Shown here in pieces: positions 63,972 to 64,000 of a DNA stretch of 64,000 bases (the first letter of the stretch is position 1; every line of letters begins with the position of its first letter). Under the pieces are notes generated by a model. The model had not been told where the DNA came from and ran no database searches. It saw only the letters and a list, made by a program, of their open reading frames with translations. The position numbers were made by a program, and so were the translations under genes. The stretch comes from Roseibacillus sp. (GTDB lineage: Bacteria > Verrucomicrobiota > Verrucomicrobiia > Verrucomicrobiales > Akkermansiaceae), in the NCBI GenBank assembly GCA_051251855.1, contig JBPOGI010000006.1:32001-96000 (forward strand). The letters are read 5' to 3'.

Positions 63972-64000
63972 TTATTTTCGGCGATGTCTGAGGAGCAGAA
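63972..64000 (-). CDS. 3' end of a gene entering from the right edge, possibly a PEP-CTERM tail
   Basis: Minus strand reads LLLRHRRK*, followed 24 nt later by a terminator. Only 9 codons are visible. Confidence 0.4.

Overview
A 64-kb bacterial chromosomal window, very probably from Verrucomicrobiota (inferred from a PEP-CTERM protein, a giant PilX/'Verru_Chthon cassette A'-like protein, a CotH-LTD protein and a Verrucomicrobia-type LexA box). Housekeeping genes include yebC, citrate synthase, beta-carbonic anhydrase, Fur-family/sufCBD, leuA, mazG, an M42 peptidase and thrC. They are mixed with many secreted or surface proteins and two ABC exporter loci. No rRNA, tRNA or CRISPR array was seen. 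The most notable structure is a LexA-box-preceded DNA-repair operon (radical SAM, then a DUF4130-UdgX fusion) that is split by an intact REP-associated tyrosine transposase (RAYT) sitting between two 97-bp direct repeats. Relatives of these repeats are scattered through the window, and one has been incorporated in frame into a SNF2 helicase gene. Other signals missing from the ORF track are a Leu-rich leader peptide upstream of leuA, an ICE-like box before a zinc-site-less Fur/Irr-like gene heading suf, an entericidin-type small lipoprotein, a C-terminal domain shared by four unrelated secreted proteins, and an in-frame TGA in the signal peptide of a 1.3k-aa surface protein. All family calls come from motif recognition by eye; no database searches were run.
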